Below, piece after piece: positions 35,935 to 36,421 of a stretch of DNA of 36,421 nt. Source of the stretch: an uncultured Arcobacteraceae bacterium. GTDB taxonomy: Bacteria > Campylobacterota > Campylobacteria > Campylobacterales > Arcobacteraceae. The notes below the pieces were generated by a model. The model was not told the DNA's origin. It worked only from the letters and a program-made list of their open reading frames with translations, and did no database searches. Both the position numbers and the translations under genes were made by a program. Position 1 is the stretch's first letter; each line of letters starts with the position of its first letter. The stretch is taken from contig CAWVZX010000001.1 in assembly GCA_963934755.1 (NCBI GenBank), positions 1 through 36,421 of the forward strand. Direction: 5' to 3'.

Positions 35935-36315
35935 TTAAGATATATTAGTTAATGATTTTAGTGATTTTTTTAAGTGTTTGTAAGTGTATTGAGCAGATTG
36001 AAAGTGAAGATAACTCTCACCTAAATCTACTAACTCTTCAAGCAATTCTCTTGCTTGTTGTAGCTTTGCTTTAGCTACCTTTGGAGTCATTCTTAATTCA
36101 ATTTCTTCTTCCTTACCACTATCATATCTTACATATAATTTTGGACTAAGAAGATTTAAATCATAAGATTTTTGTTCCAAGTATTCTTTGTCTTCTGATG
36201 ACTCATGGAACTTATCTCCATTTGTAGCTAACTTACCATTTTCATAGTGAGGATAGTATCCCTCCAAGAAGTAGCAGTCTACTACTAGGTTGTCTTCATA
36301 TGGGTAATCTTTCAT
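35935..36315 (-). CDS. Hypothetical protein (126 aa)
   Basis: ORF in the early operon. Confidence 0.7.
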   Translation of the reverse strand: MKDYPYEDNLVVDCYFLEGYYPHYENGKLATNGDKFHESSEDKEYLEQKSYDLNLLSPKLYVRYDSGKEEEIELRMTPKVAKAKLQQARELLEELVDLGESYLHFQSAQYTYKHLKKSLKSLTNIS

Positions 36316-36317
36316 AG

Positions 36318-36404
36318 TTATAGGTTTAAAGGGTTAATGTTAATGTTAAGTGCTTCACTCATTGAATGCACATTCTCGATAATAATAGTTAATTCTAATT
36401 CCAT
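36318..36404 (-). CDS. Small ORF (28 aa, MELELTIIIENVHSMSEALNININPLNL)
   Basis: Preceded by an AATTAAATTAAAT leader; TAA-CT-ATG coupling to the next gene. Confidence 0.45.
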   Translation of the reverse strand: MELELTIIIENVHSMSEALNININPLNL

Positions 36405-36421
36405 TGTATTTAATTTAATTA

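Noticed and set aside
1-36421. Stop-codon reassignment or CRISPR array
   Set aside because: Genes are intact and densely packed under the standard code, with TAA, TAG and TGA all used as stops; no regularly spaced repeat-spacer array seen

Overview
AT-rich segment of a tailed dsDNA phage genome, most likely a podovirus of Bacteroidota/Flavobacteriia. The host inference rests on TAnnTTTG promoter elements and AU-rich leaders without Shine-Dalgarno sites. Bases 1-22940 (+) form the virion module: the end of the major capsid gene, ring/adaptor proteins, a tail nozzle/stabilisation protein apparently split around Cys-bounded repeat proteins, a cupin-like protein, and three ejection-type proteins. 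The largest ejection-type protein (2854 aa) carries a zincin HExxH motif and repeat-bounded cargo modules. Bases 22941-36421 (-) form the early/replication module: VRR-NUC nuclease, SNF2-like helicase, two C5 methyltransferases, primase-SF3 helicase with a candidate origin, SSB, RecE-like exonuclease, Rad52-like annealing protein, a stand-alone DnaA domain IV and many small ORFs. The most notable non-coding signals are on the - strand. A complete type I hammerhead ribozyme (34023-34102) and a tRNA-like acceptor+T-arm minihelix (35128-35175) each overlap a stop codon, and two further structured intergenic RNAs lie in the replication operon. All calls come from reading the sequence by eye; no database searches or folding programs were run.
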